A DNA stretch of 55,871 nt from Fibrobacteria bacterium. GTDB taxonomy: Bacteria; Fibrobacterota; Fibrobacteria; UBA11236. Positions 8,787 through 17,769 of this stretch are shown one piece after another; within the stretch, counting starts at the first letter, position 1; each line of letters opens with the position of its first letter. A program made the position numbers and the translations under genes. The stretch covers positions 1-55,871 of the forward strand of contig JAYUHW010000011.1 in assembly GCA_043766615.1 (NCBI GenBank), in the 5' to 3' direction. The notes below the pieces were generated by a model. The model searched no databases and had not been told where the DNA came from. It saw only the letters and a program-made list of their open reading frames with translations.

Positions 8787-9876
8787 GAAATTAAATCTCA
8801 ACGCGGTGAAGCCACAGGCTTTTGCCTTGGCACTATTGATTGCTACCAGTCTGCAAATCATGGAAAACCTGGTGCCGCGCATTCCACTGTTTCCCTGGAT
8901 GCGAATTGGGCTTTCCTATGTCATTATTCTCCCTTTTCTCCTCGAGTACGGTGCGGCCCCCGCCTTTACACTTCTCCTGGCCCGTAACCTAATTGCCGTT
9001 CTATACGGTGGCCAACCGTTTTCGACGTTCCTGATCGGTACGGGAGCCGGTGCCCTGGCACTGTTGGGCCTGGGGCCAATGATTCGTTGGCTCACCCATC
9101 AGCGATTTCTGGGCGTTCTTGGTGCGAGTGTTCTTTTAGCCACAGCTTTTAATTTGGCGCAATTGGCATTGGTCAAATGGCTGCTCATTCGCCATGCAGG
9201 TTTCTATTTCATGATTGGACCCATGTTGGCTTGGTCGCTTTTTTCTGGAGGGCTCGTGGCCGCGTTGGTCCATTATTCCGAATCCGATTTATCGCGCATG
9301 TTCACGATAAGCGATAGTGGACCCCAAACTCAACCCGTGAGTCCATCCACGATTTCAAAACAGCCTTTCAACAACTTGCACTTTGGCTTTGGTTTAGCCG
9401 CCCTAGTTGGATTACTCCTTGGCAATTTATTTTGGATTCAAATTCCAGCACTGATTATTCTCATCTGGTTCTCACCCGATCGCGGTAAGCGGCTCATAGC
9501 TGCGTGGCCTTTTTTCTTCTACATCGCCTATCTGCACTTGTTCCATACACCGGGGAAGTTCTTTTTTAGAGACTGGGTAACCTATGAAGGACTGTCCCAA
9601 TTTGGCGTCAATTCCTTGCGGCTCGCCAATACCATTTTACTCGGCAGGATGCTGTCGCAAAAGTTTCCCTGGAAACTGGCTAGAAATGCTAAATCGCCTT
9701 ACTTGCAAGGCTTTCTCATGTCGTTGCCGTTGCTGACTAATATGTTTGAATCGAGTATGGAATTTGGTAGAGTGATTGGTAGGCAGTTTTTAAAGGGTCA
9801 ACGAAAGGGTTTGCTCACACCGGCCTTTGAGGCGTGGCGAACCAAAATGGATGCTGGGACCAAAGATGCCCTTTAA
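8770..9876 (+). CDS. Gx transporter family (EetB-like S-component) with C-terminal EcfT/CbiQ-like extension
   Basis: N-terminal LQIMENLVPRIPLFPWMRIGLSYV and AFNLAQL are Gx/Hpre_diP_synt_I-like; C-terminal half HLFHTPG...VTYEGL...SLRLANTILL resembles the EcfT coupling subunit. Confidence 0.75.
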   Translation: MPSPIKKLNLNAVKPQAFALALLIATSLQIMENLVPRIPLFPWMRIGLSYVIILPFLLEYGAAPAFTLLLARNLIAVLYGGQPFSTFLIGTGAGALALLGLGPMIRWLTHQRFLGVLGASVLLATAFNLAQLALVKWLLIRHAGFYFMIGPMLAWSLFSGGLVAALVHYSESDLSRMFTISDSGPQTQPVSPSTISKQPFNNLHFGFGLAALVGLLLGNLFWIQIPALIILIWFSPDRGKRLIAAWPFFFYIAYLHLFHTPGKFFFRDWVTYEGLSQFGVNSLRLANTILLGRMLSQKFPWKLARNAKSPYLQGFLMSLPLLTNMFESSMEFGRVIGRQFLKGQRKGLLTPAFEAWRTKMDAGTKDAL

Positions 9877-9890
9877 ATGATGCGTAGCTT

Positions 9891-11210
9891 TTAAAAAAAG
9901 TAGGCAACTTTGCTGGACCAATACCATTCACTGGGCTTGAAAAGTACGGCTTCCATCGCTGGTGGATTATTGTCTCCGTAGCCTTTGAAAATGCCGGGAC
10001 GGAAATGATCACTGGCAGCTTGGATGCTTATTTTAACATGCTTTTGAAACACCTTAGACCCATATAATGACCATTTAAAATTATCTTCGGAATAGTTGGT
10101 ATCCAACTTCCCGATAGGAAATGGTGTAGGTGCACCGTAATGGTTATAACCAGATAAATCGTCTTTGAATTTTGCAGTATACCTCTCAAACTCAAAAGAG
10201 AGCCGATCCAAAACCTTGAAAGTAGGCAAATTAATGCCAACCATAATTGGCATCCTATTTGAATAATTTCCGTAAAGAGCCCTGTATGGTAAACCATTGT
10301 CCAATCCAAGGAGGGCTACCTCCCCGTAGATTTTTAAATCCTCTGGACCAATTAATTCCAAATGCCCGAAAAGTGCCTTAAGGTCAATGGAGGCATTGGC
10401 CATGACTTTAGTCCCTTTAAAGGAAATCCGAGTTGTATCGTCCACTACTGGTAATGTATCAATATAAATATTATTGGTATCAGATGTTATCTTGTTATCG
10501 ATCGGAATCATGTGATAAAAATTGACCCCAGCTCCAATTCGGAAGAACCTACCAAAAGTATAGCTCGTAACATATGCTGGAGAAATGTCCCAGTAGGGAT
10601 AATATTCTGTTTCAAAGGCAAACAGAATATCGTTTTCAAAGCCACCTGTTTGGTGGTGGAATTGAAAACCTAAAGTATTGGCAACGGGCAGTACGTATTT
10701 CGTTTCAAAACCGGATAGCACATATCCTGGATAGACCGGCCCGCGCAATAAGTACAGGCCCAAATTTTGGGCATCAGGATTATAATCATACGCGAATAGC
10801 CCGGCACGAACGGAAAATTTGGTTTCGCCTTCATCCAAAACTCTGTAGTTGAAATTAGCGTTGGAGACATAAGGTGACACATCGACAGGAGCATATCCCC
10901 CCTCTCCATAATTTGCGGACAAAGAATGCCCGGCAACAGCACCAATGCCAGCCTCGATTCTAAGTTTTTCGGAAGGATTAATTGCAAAAGAGAACTGGGC
11001 TCCTGAGGAAATGAGCGGCTTCCAATCTAACCGTTTCCCTTGCGTCGTATCACTGCTTTTTACAATTGAAGCATACTGCATCCAGCCTGCTGCATGAAAT
11101 GTTTTGTTCGAAAAATCGACAGCATGTACTGACGTAGCGACCATTGCTATTGCACTTATCCCTTTGACGCCATTAATGCGAAGGATTTTCAAAAATGTGC
11201 AAAGACTCAT
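9891..11210 (-). CDS. Uncharacterised outer-membrane beta-barrel protein, paralogue 3
   Basis: Signal peptide, YDYNPDAQNLGLYLLRGPVYPG, C-terminal WYWSSKVAYFF beta-signal. Confidence 0.8.
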   Translation of the reverse strand: MSLCTFLKILRINGVKGISAIAMVATSVHAVDFSNKTFHAAGWMQYASIVKSSDTTQGKRLDWKPLISSGAQFSFAINPSEKLRIEAGIGAVAGHSLSANYGEGGYAPVDVSPYVSNANFNYRVLDEGETKFSVRAGLFAYDYNPDAQNLGLYLLRGPVYPGYVLSGFETKYVLPVANTLGFQFHHQTGGFENDILFAFETEYYPYWDISPAYVTSYTFGRFFRIGAGVNFYHMIPIDNKITSDTNNIYIDTLPVVDDTTRISFKGTKVMANASIDLKALFGHLELIGPEDLKIYGEVALLGLDNGLPYRALYGNYSNRMPIMVGINLPTFKVLDRLSFEFERYTAKFKDDLSGYNHYGAPTPFPIGKLDTNYSEDNFKWSLYGSKVFQKHVKISIQAASDHFRPGIFKGYGDNNPPAMEAVLFKPSEWYWSSKVAYFF

Positions 11211-11228
11211 TGATGCCTTCCTGAAGTC

Positions 11229-12566
11229 CTAGAAAAAATACGCAAGTTTAGTAGTCCAATACCAATCTTCAGGCGTTCGCATCGCCTCGATTCCTGCGTC
11301 CTGATCGTGGTTTCCGCCTAAACGCAGGTGATCGTTTGCGACCTGGGTAGATAATGCCAGGTTTCCAAGCAAAACCTTTGAAACATTCACCGACCATTTC
11401 CAATCGTCTCGTTTAGTATTGATTCGAGGATCGTCCACAACTGAGACCCAAGATCCGTTTCGAGCAGCTAAATTATCACCTGAAAGTTTGTTGGCATAAT
11501 ATTCGATTTCTATTGAAGAAGTCAGGAAATTAAAACCTGGAAGGTTGACTCCGAACATAATAGGCATGCGGCGTAGGATCTTGTTATACAACTTGGCATA
11601 GTTATGCACGCCAATAATTCCAACTTCACTGTAGATTACCAAATCATCTTTTCCAAAAAGACTTATTGCGTTTGAAAAAAAAGCTTTTGGATCCAATCTT
11701 AAGCGCGCGATGGCTTTAACGCCGCCCAAGGAACCGAGAATTGTATCGATAACTACCCCAGAAGTATCCTTGACGACAATAAAACACGGATTTTCTTGCC
11801 CTCCGTTGGCATACGGGCCGAGGAAGTTCGCGTTACAATCCTTGCCAGGTGAGGTAAGTTTCTTATTCATAGGAATCAAACGGCTGAAATTAATGCCAGC
11901 ACTGAGATCAAATCCTTTAAAGGCCGAAATTGTCATGACATCTGCAACAGAAATATCGTAAATTGGCTTCTCATCCATTTCGGCATTGACAATTAAATCA
12001 TTTTGCCAGGATCCTGCTTTCAATTTCCCAATCATTCCAAAAATATTTCCGGAACCAGAAACCAAGGTACCTGGATAAACATACCCGTGTAATAGATATA
12101 ATCCCAGATTCTTGGCATCAGGATTGTAAGTGTAGCCCATGGAACCAAAACTGAATTGTAAGCCACTCCCAACTGCATAGCCGCCCGAAGAGTAAGTCAA
12201 ACGGGCTTCTGATACAAATGGGACCCAAAAGGGATACCATTTATTAGCCTGCCCCGGAGCGCCTCTGGCCAAATGGACCATTATGGTTCCTATACCTAAA
12301 CCGCCGTCCCAATTATTATCAATCACAGCTTTAGAGGTTAGAACTGCACCTGAATTTCCAAGCCAATTATTTTCATAATCGTTGCCGTTACCAGGCAGTG
12401 AAAAACTATTCTCCACCCGTCCCAATTGAAGCCACCCTGCTCCATGGTATTCCAATTTTAATTCCTGAGACATTGCGCCATTCGAAATCGCACTCATTAA
12501 GAATACCCAAACTAAAACCTGCGTCAATGGCGACCTCGTTGCCCATGCATTCGGATGGCGACTCAA
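11229..12566 (-). CDS. Uncharacterised outer-membrane beta-barrel protein, paralogue 2
   Basis: YTYNPDAKNLGLYLLHGYVYPG, ends WYWTTKLAYFF; start placed at TTG 12566 (TTGA overlap with the upstream stop). Confidence 0.8.
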   Translation of the reverse strand: MSRHPNAWATRSPLTQVLVWVFLMSAISNGAMSQELKLEYHGAGWLQLGRVENSFSLPGNGNDYENNWLGNSGAVLTSKAVIDNNWDGGLGIGTIMVHLARGAPGQANKWYPFWVPFVSEARLTYSSGGYAVGSGLQFSFGSMGYTYNPDAKNLGLYLLHGYVYPGTLVSGSGNIFGMIGKLKAGSWQNDLIVNAEMDEKPIYDISVADVMTISAFKGFDLSAGINFSRLIPMNKKLTSPGKDCNANFLGPYANGGQENPCFIVVKDTSGVVIDTILGSLGGVKAIARLRLDPKAFFSNAISLFGKDDLVIYSEVGIIGVHNYAKLYNKILRRMPIMFGVNLPGFNFLTSSIEIEYYANKLSGDNLAARNGSWVSVVDDPRINTKRDDWKWSVNVSKVLLGNLALSTQVANDHLRLGGNHDQDAGIEAMRTPEDWYWTTKLAYFF

Positions 12567-14080
12567 AAGAAATACCCCATCCGAATTAAGAAATACCAAT
12601 CTTTGGGGGAAGCAAAAGCTTCTTGAGTTCCACCTTCAGCCTTTATTAATCCTGTCGCCACTGGCTTAGGCCTATAATGATCGTTTGCTACCTGACCAGA
12701 AATCCTGATATGATTGCTGATGACTTTTTCGGCGAGCACGGACCATTTGATATTATCCAAGGTTTGATTTTCCTTGTCTAGCGCCGTACCTTTGACACGA
12801 ACAGTATCTGCCTTTGCAGGATCGATTGGATCCGGTTTGATCCAGAAGCCAGTAAGAGTATCGATGCCATAATCCGCATAGCCAACCGGTTTTGGAGAGG
12901 GAATGGGATGGTTTTGAATTGTCCAACCTGCTACCGTATTATTGTTTCCAACGCGGGCGAGATCGCTGCGATACAAAGCGCCATAATATTCAACTTCAAG
13001 GGAAAGATGCGTCAACCAACCGCCCGTAGGAAAATTGAACCCCAACATCAGGGGGATGCGCTGTGAAATATCAGCATATGCTTTCCCATAATTTTTTAAA
13101 CCAATCACACCAACTTCCCCGTATAACTTTAGGTCTTCTGGATTTGATAATTGTTTCCCTAGTGTCTTTTGAAGGTCCAATCCGAACATCCCCATCAGCT
13201 TGGTGCCTTGGTGCGTGAAAAAAATTGTGTCAGTGGAACCGGGTGTCGTTTCAACATATCGACTCTTTTTGAATCCCAATTCCGCATCACTGAAATATTT
13301 TCCGGGTGTTTCCAATTTTGATTTATAGGCAAGTAACCGATAAAAATTTACACCGGCTCCAATTTCAAGTGGGCCTGCCTGAAATTTTGCGATATAGGCA
13401 AGACTCCAATCCAATGTCGGAGGAATTTCTCGTTCACAATTCAAAATCAAATCATGTGAAATGGCACCAATTTTTTGATGCAGGTTCAATCCTAAAATCG
13501 TACTTTTTGTCGTATCAACTGCAAAGTCCTGGTATCCACTCATCAGAATGCCTGGGTAAACGGGTCCACGCAGCAAATACAAGCCCAGGTTTTTGACATC
13601 AGCATTGTATTTATAAGGAAAACTGCCAAGGGTTATGCTTAGCGAAGGTGCAACTTTCTCTCCAAGAAAATAAGTTAATCGGGATTGAGTAAGGAAATTC
13701 TGGAAAAGTGAAATAGCCATCAGTTGTTGGGAGCCATTCCCAAGCGAATGGTTTATTTTCTGCACTCCAAAGCCGACCGCACCCACCAGGTTTTCCGAAA
13801 GATCAGCCTCAACTGTAAACTGAGCGCCCATACTCTGGAGAGTATTACCATTTAAATTGAGAACATTGTTTGGGGCTGCACCTCTTATCAGCGTATCAGT
13901 CATATGCATGATTCGACCGCCATCAAACCACGCCTGACCGTGGATTTGAAAGACTGGCGTCAATTCCGAGTAGGAAAAGGAAGCCAACAATCCAAGGGCT
14001 ATTCCGCCTAGCGCAAGGGGTTGCATTGCCAAAAATATTTTTTGTGACATAAATTTTTTGACTTGCTTCATCTGAATCAC
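12563..14080 (-). CDS. Uncharacterised outer-membrane beta-barrel protein, paralogue 1
   Basis: YKYNADVKNLGLYLLRGPVYPG, ends WYFLIRMGYFF; signal peptide; exact start uncertain. Confidence 0.8.
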   Translation of the reverse strand: MIQMKQVKKFMSQKIFLAMQPLALGGIALGLLASFSYSELTPVFQIHGQAWFDGGRIMHMTDTLIRGAAPNNVLNLNGNTLQSMGAQFTVEADLSENLVGAVGFGVQKINHSLGNGSQQLMAISLFQNFLTQSRLTYFLGEKVAPSLSITLGSFPYKYNADVKNLGLYLLRGPVYPGILMSGYQDFAVDTTKSTILGLNLHQKIGAISHDLILNCEREIPPTLDWSLAYIAKFQAGPLEIGAGVNFYRLLAYKSKLETPGKYFSDAELGFKKSRYVETTPGSTDTIFFTHQGTKLMGMFGLDLQKTLGKQLSNPEDLKLYGEVGVIGLKNYGKAYADISQRIPLMLGFNFPTGGWLTHLSLEVEYYGALYRSDLARVGNNNTVAGWTIQNHPIPSPKPVGYADYGIDTLTGFWIKPDPIDPAKADTVRVKGTALDKENQTLDNIKWSVLAEKVISNHIRISGQVANDHYRPKPVATGLIKAEGGTQEAFASPKDWYFLIRMGYFF

Positions 14081-14175
14081 AATAAATTCAAGTTTAGTAA
14101 CTGGATTATTTATTTAAAGGGATGGACAGACAGGGTAGCAAAAAATAATTAGCCCCCTGAATATCTTGCCGTGTT

Positions 14176-15405
14176 CTAGTCTCGCTTAATTCTAAGAGTT
14201 TCAATCCCATTTATACTTTTGATTTGAATCGAAAGCCAGCCGTGTGCTTGGGTTTTAAAGGCGTGATTAATCTTGCCAGCCGAGCCAGAGAATCTTTCCA
14301 AGGTTTTTCCATTCAAGTCCTGGATTATTAATTCGAAATTACTTTCGATAGTTCCTACCAGAGATGTTGGTGTGGCGAAAAGATTGATGGAGGACTTAGT
14401 CCTTTTAATTGCAGTCGTTGCAGGTTTCAATACATTACCCTTGTCATCCATTGGTCGCCATTTAATAGCCTTATACCATGAGCCCTTCATCCCAGTAAAA
14501 CGCTGTCCTTGATGTACTTGGAAACCAATATACCCCGGCGGTGTTGGATAATTCAGAGTCGTATCTTTGATAATAGGGACCCAAACCGTTGCACCGACCT
14601 TTCGAAACCAGGAGTTCATATGAATATTTCCGGCACCAGCCACAGAACCTCCGTAGAACTGAACTCTCATTTGGTTCCAGCCATTCACATCCCAGAGCCG
14701 CAGATAATCCGCTTGTACGCAGCCAGTAAGTGCGCAGCCATAACTAGCCGGGTTATATTTTGCAGTAGTTGCCGTCCATGATGACCAGGCGGGTTTTCCG
14801 CCAATAGATATGTTATTCTCATTTCCATTGTAATCAAATGGCCTATCATCTCGGCCAGTTGGGGGATTATATCCAGCCTCGCCCCATGATCCACCGACTG
14901 AGCCACCCCCCAAATAATCCAATACTGTCTGAAAACACACTCCAGTTGCCGTCGTTCGATTAAACAGGCCTCCATCGTTGCCAAAGTCTGGCCAAAAATC
15001 AAATACGATTTCATAATTGTTAAATATTTTGTTCGTCATAAGAATCCCACCTACCCCATTTCGAACGCCACTCACTGTACCATCGGTGGAATGTTGGCCA
15101 CTGTAAATTGCAGGTACGCCTGCATCCGACCCGATTCGGAAAGCGGCGCCCTTGACCCTATCTCCAGACGAATGGTCTGTCAGGCAGCTCTGCCACCAAC
15201 CCTTTAGAGTGCCGTCAAACAAGGAAAAATATCCGGAATCATCCGGTACGGAAACCACAGTATCTTTGAGCATATTGCCGGTAGGTTCCGGAGCACAAGG
15301 GGCGTCTCCGGTAGTGGGTGCGGGCAGAGGCTGTGCCCATGGTAAACTCACCAAAAGCAACCCAGCTAGCATTAAAGTTTTCCCAACATTTTTACTCAAA
15401 ATCAT
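14176..15405 (-). CDS. Secreted DUF1080 (3-keto-disaccharide hydrolase-like) protein with C-terminal sorting-like domain
   Basis: SLFDGTLKGW, LMTNKIFNNYEIVFDF, GNDGGLF, GWNQMRV, GYIGFQVH; tail IIQDLNGKTL...GWLSIQIK. Confidence 0.82.
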   Translation of the reverse strand: MILSKNVGKTLMLAGLLLVSLPWAQPLPAPTTGDAPCAPEPTGNMLKDTVVSVPDDSGYFSLFDGTLKGWWQSCLTDHSSGDRVKGAAFRIGSDAGVPAIYSGQHSTDGTVSGVRNGVGGILMTNKIFNNYEIVFDFWPDFGNDGGLFNRTTATGVCFQTVLDYLGGGSVGGSWGEAGYNPPTGRDDRPFDYNGNENNISIGGKPAWSSWTATTAKYNPASYGCALTGCVQADYLRLWDVNGWNQMRVQFYGGSVAGAGNIHMNSWFRKVGATVWVPIIKDTTLNYPTPPGYIGFQVHQGQRFTGMKGSWYKAIKWRPMDDKGNVLKPATTAIKRTKSSINLFATPTSLVGTIESNFELIIQDLNGKTLERFSGSAGKINHAFKTQAHGWLSIQIKSINGIETLRIKRD

Positions 15406-15843
15406 CTTTTGCTCCTGTATATTGCCAGATTTCTAATATCATAAAGACCGTCGCCAATTTATTATGGCGTTACATTGGTAAACTAACTCCGAGTAAAGTC
15501 AAATGCAACCGATCTTAACAGTACGATTGGGTGGAGCAGCCTTATCCGATTACTTTTTGGCACAATTAAAATTTCTTTTGCCATAAAGATAACCGAATAT
15601 ACTTGCCCTTTGCTTACTTTGATCAGTATAAACGGTGGTATTTTTGGTATTTATTCACCCTATATTTAGGAGCAGTCCAGGAGGTTCCATTCGTATATGC
15701 CACAATAAATTATAGCTGGTTGCCAAAATATCGAAATGTGCAGCCTCAATAAATCCGAAGTTTTCTCGATTGCAGTAAACAAAATACTTCGAATACCCCC
15801 TTGCTCTACCCCAAGAAGCTGGAAATGCTACCTTAAAACGTCT

Positions 15844-16716
15844 ATGTATTCCAATCCATTGAATCAGGAACAAAGCAACCATCCGCGATCCCTTGCCGAA
15901 TTTCAATATGCCTATCCGGTAGTCTCAAGACGGTCTGGAGGGATTTCCATCGGCGTCAATCTCAATATTGACAAAGCCTGTAATTTTGATTGCCCCTATT
16001 GCCAAGTGGATCGAACAATTCCTAGGGAACAGGTAACCATTTCCGTAAATGCTATCCAAGTGGAACTCGAAAAATTGTTGGGTTTTTTCGATGGTCAAGG
16101 TGTCTTCCGTATGCCTCGTTTTTCTCCCCTTGCAGATAAGGATAAACTGTTGCGTGACATCGCCATTAGTGGTGATGGCGAACCCACTATGATTCCTGCG
16201 TTTGCCGAGGTTTGTTCCATGTTAGCCCGATTGCAAGCAAGTCGTGTCAATCTAGACTTCAAACTCATCCTGATCACAAATTCGACCCTACTGGATAGAA
16301 AGGCCGTGCTCGAGGGAATTGGCCACTTGATGACCAAAAACGGGGAAGTTTGGGCCAAACTCGATGCAGGTACGGAAGAATGGTACCAGAAAGTAAATGT
16401 GTCCCGCGTCCGCTTAGACCAAATCGAAAGCAACTTGATTGGGCTTGGAAAATTGCATCCTTATAAAATTCAATCCCTGTTTTGCGCGCTATCCGGTGTG
16501 GTCCCTTCTAGGGAGGAAGTGGATGCTTATTTGAATAGACTCCAACGTATTCAAGCAGCCGGTAGCGACATTCAGGAAGTACAACTCCATACCTTAGCCA
16601 GAAAACCAGCCCAGGCTTCCTGTACACCGGTTAGCGAAGAGTTTCTAAACTCCCTAAAAATCCAGATTGAATCCCAATTTGGAATCCCGGCAAAAATGTA
16701 TGGAGTGGAGGCCTAA
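15844..16716 (+). CDS. Radical SAM protein (COG0731-like Fe-S oxidoreductase)
   Basis: YAYPVVSRRSGGISIGVNLN, CNFDCPYC, IAISGDGEPT, LITNST, KLDAG; start ATG 15844 preferred. Confidence 0.88.
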   Translation: MYSNPLNQEQSNHPRSLAEFQYAYPVVSRRSGGISIGVNLNIDKACNFDCPYCQVDRTIPREQVTISVNAIQVELEKLLGFFDGQGVFRMPRFSPLADKDKLLRDIAISGDGEPTMIPAFAEVCSMLARLQASRVNLDFKLILITNSTLLDRKAVLEGIGHLMTKNGEVWAKLDAGTEEWYQKVNVSRVRLDQIESNLIGLGKLHPYKIQSLFCALSGVVPSREEVDAYLNRLQRIQAAGSDIQEVQLHTLARKPAQASCTPVSEEFLNSLKIQIESQFGIPAKMYGVEA

Positions 16717-17031
16717 ATGCCCTTAACTTTTATCCTTTTACAATGCGTGAATTTTGCCTTGGCAGGAGCCTCTTCGTGGCTGCACTTTCGGAATCCATTG
16801 CTTTGGGATGATCAAGCCATTATCATTTCCATTTGCGCAGGTACTCTTAGTGCAAGCCTTACGGCCATTCTACTCGGTATTTCTTTAGTCTTTGGGGAAG
16901 AGACAAAATGGGGAGCCACTATGCTCAACCTGTTCTTAACTCTAACCTTTGGGGGGTGGCAGGGATATTTACTTTTCATGCTAAGCCGGGACATGGGTAT
17001 TTTCAATCTCATCAAAGCACGCCTTGGTTAA
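16717..17031 (+). CDS. Small membrane protein (about 3 TM)
   Basis: 104-aa hydrophobic ORF abutting the radical SAM stop codon. Confidence 0.7.
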   Translation: MPLTFILLQCVNFALAGASSWLHFRNPLLWDDQAIIISICAGTLSASLTAILLGISLVFGEETKWGATMLNLFLTLTFGGWQGYLLFMLSRDMGIFNLIKARLG

Positions 17032-17038
17032 TCTCCTT

Positions 17039-17761
17039 ATGGAAAAGCCCTTTGAAGAGAGTTGGTTTTTTGCCGACGTAAACTCTGTCGGTGACCGATT
17101 TAGGCTACCCTTAGCAGAATCCCTGCATATCCGGAAAGTTCTGCGCATTCAGCCGGGCCGCATGGTCGTTGCCAGCAATGGTAAAGGTGGCGCGTTCCTG
17201 TGCGAAACGTTACCGACAAAAAGCGGCGAACTCGAACTTGTCGCGGCCGAATGCATCGAAATGGAAGTACCCCAACCCAAATTGAATATGGTCTTAAGTC
17301 TATTGAAGGGAAAGGATTTGGAGGAGCCTATTGATGGCATCTGCCAATTGAATATTCGAGCCGTTCACCTAGTGTCGACGGACCATTCCCAGGAATTCAA
17401 AGGCCAGAATTACGATCGACTGGTTGAAAGGCTTCGGGCCAAATCCCTCGTTGCCTTAAAACAATCTAAAAAAGCTTGGCTCACGGAAATTCACGCACCT
17501 ATTTCCTTACCTGAATGGCGAAATCATTTCAAATCTATGCCATTGATTTTGTCTCATCCTGGGAAAGATCGTTTACCGGTACATTTGGATGAAGAATATG
17601 CTGTACTGATTGGACCTGAAGGCGGTTTTTCGAGCGGAGAAATCAGCCAACTTGAAAGGGAAAGTGTCTATACGATAAGCCTTGGTGAAACCCGCATTAG
17701 AGGTACACATGCTCCGCTACTTGTATGCGGAAAACTATTAGGACTTGGTCTATTACGTTGA
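17039..17761 (+). CDS. rsmE: 16S rRNA m3U1498 methyltransferase
   Basis: HIRKVLRI, ALKQS, LIGPEGGFS, SLGETRIR (SPOUT RsmE motifs, somewhat divergent). Confidence 0.88.
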   Translation: MEKPFEESWFFADVNSVGDRFRLPLAESLHIRKVLRIQPGRMVVASNGKGGAFLCETLPTKSGELELVAAECIEMEVPQPKLNMVLSLLKGKDLEEPIDGICQLNIRAVHLVSTDHSQEFKGQNYDRLVERLRAKSLVALKQSKKAWLTEIHAPISLPEWRNHFKSMPLILSHPGKDRLPVHLDEEYAVLIGPEGGFSSGEISQLERESVYTISLGETRIRGTHAPLLVCGKLLGLGLLR

Positions 17762-17769
17762 GGCCTGAA

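Noticed and set aside
8770-9876. Calling this heptaprenyl diphosphate synthase component I
   Set aside because: Entirely hydrophobic with no DDxxD motifs; the family name is historical and the context fits a transporter subunit.
9891-15405. Mobile element or genomic island call for the AT-richer barrel/DUF1080 block
   Set aside because: No integrase, transposase, tRNA target or flanking direct repeats were seen; composition alone is insufficient.
15558-15583. TGGCA...TGCCA inverted pair as a sigma-54 promoter or operator
   Set aside because: No TTGC at the -12 position on either strand, and 5-bp arms in AT-rich DNA are too weak to call.
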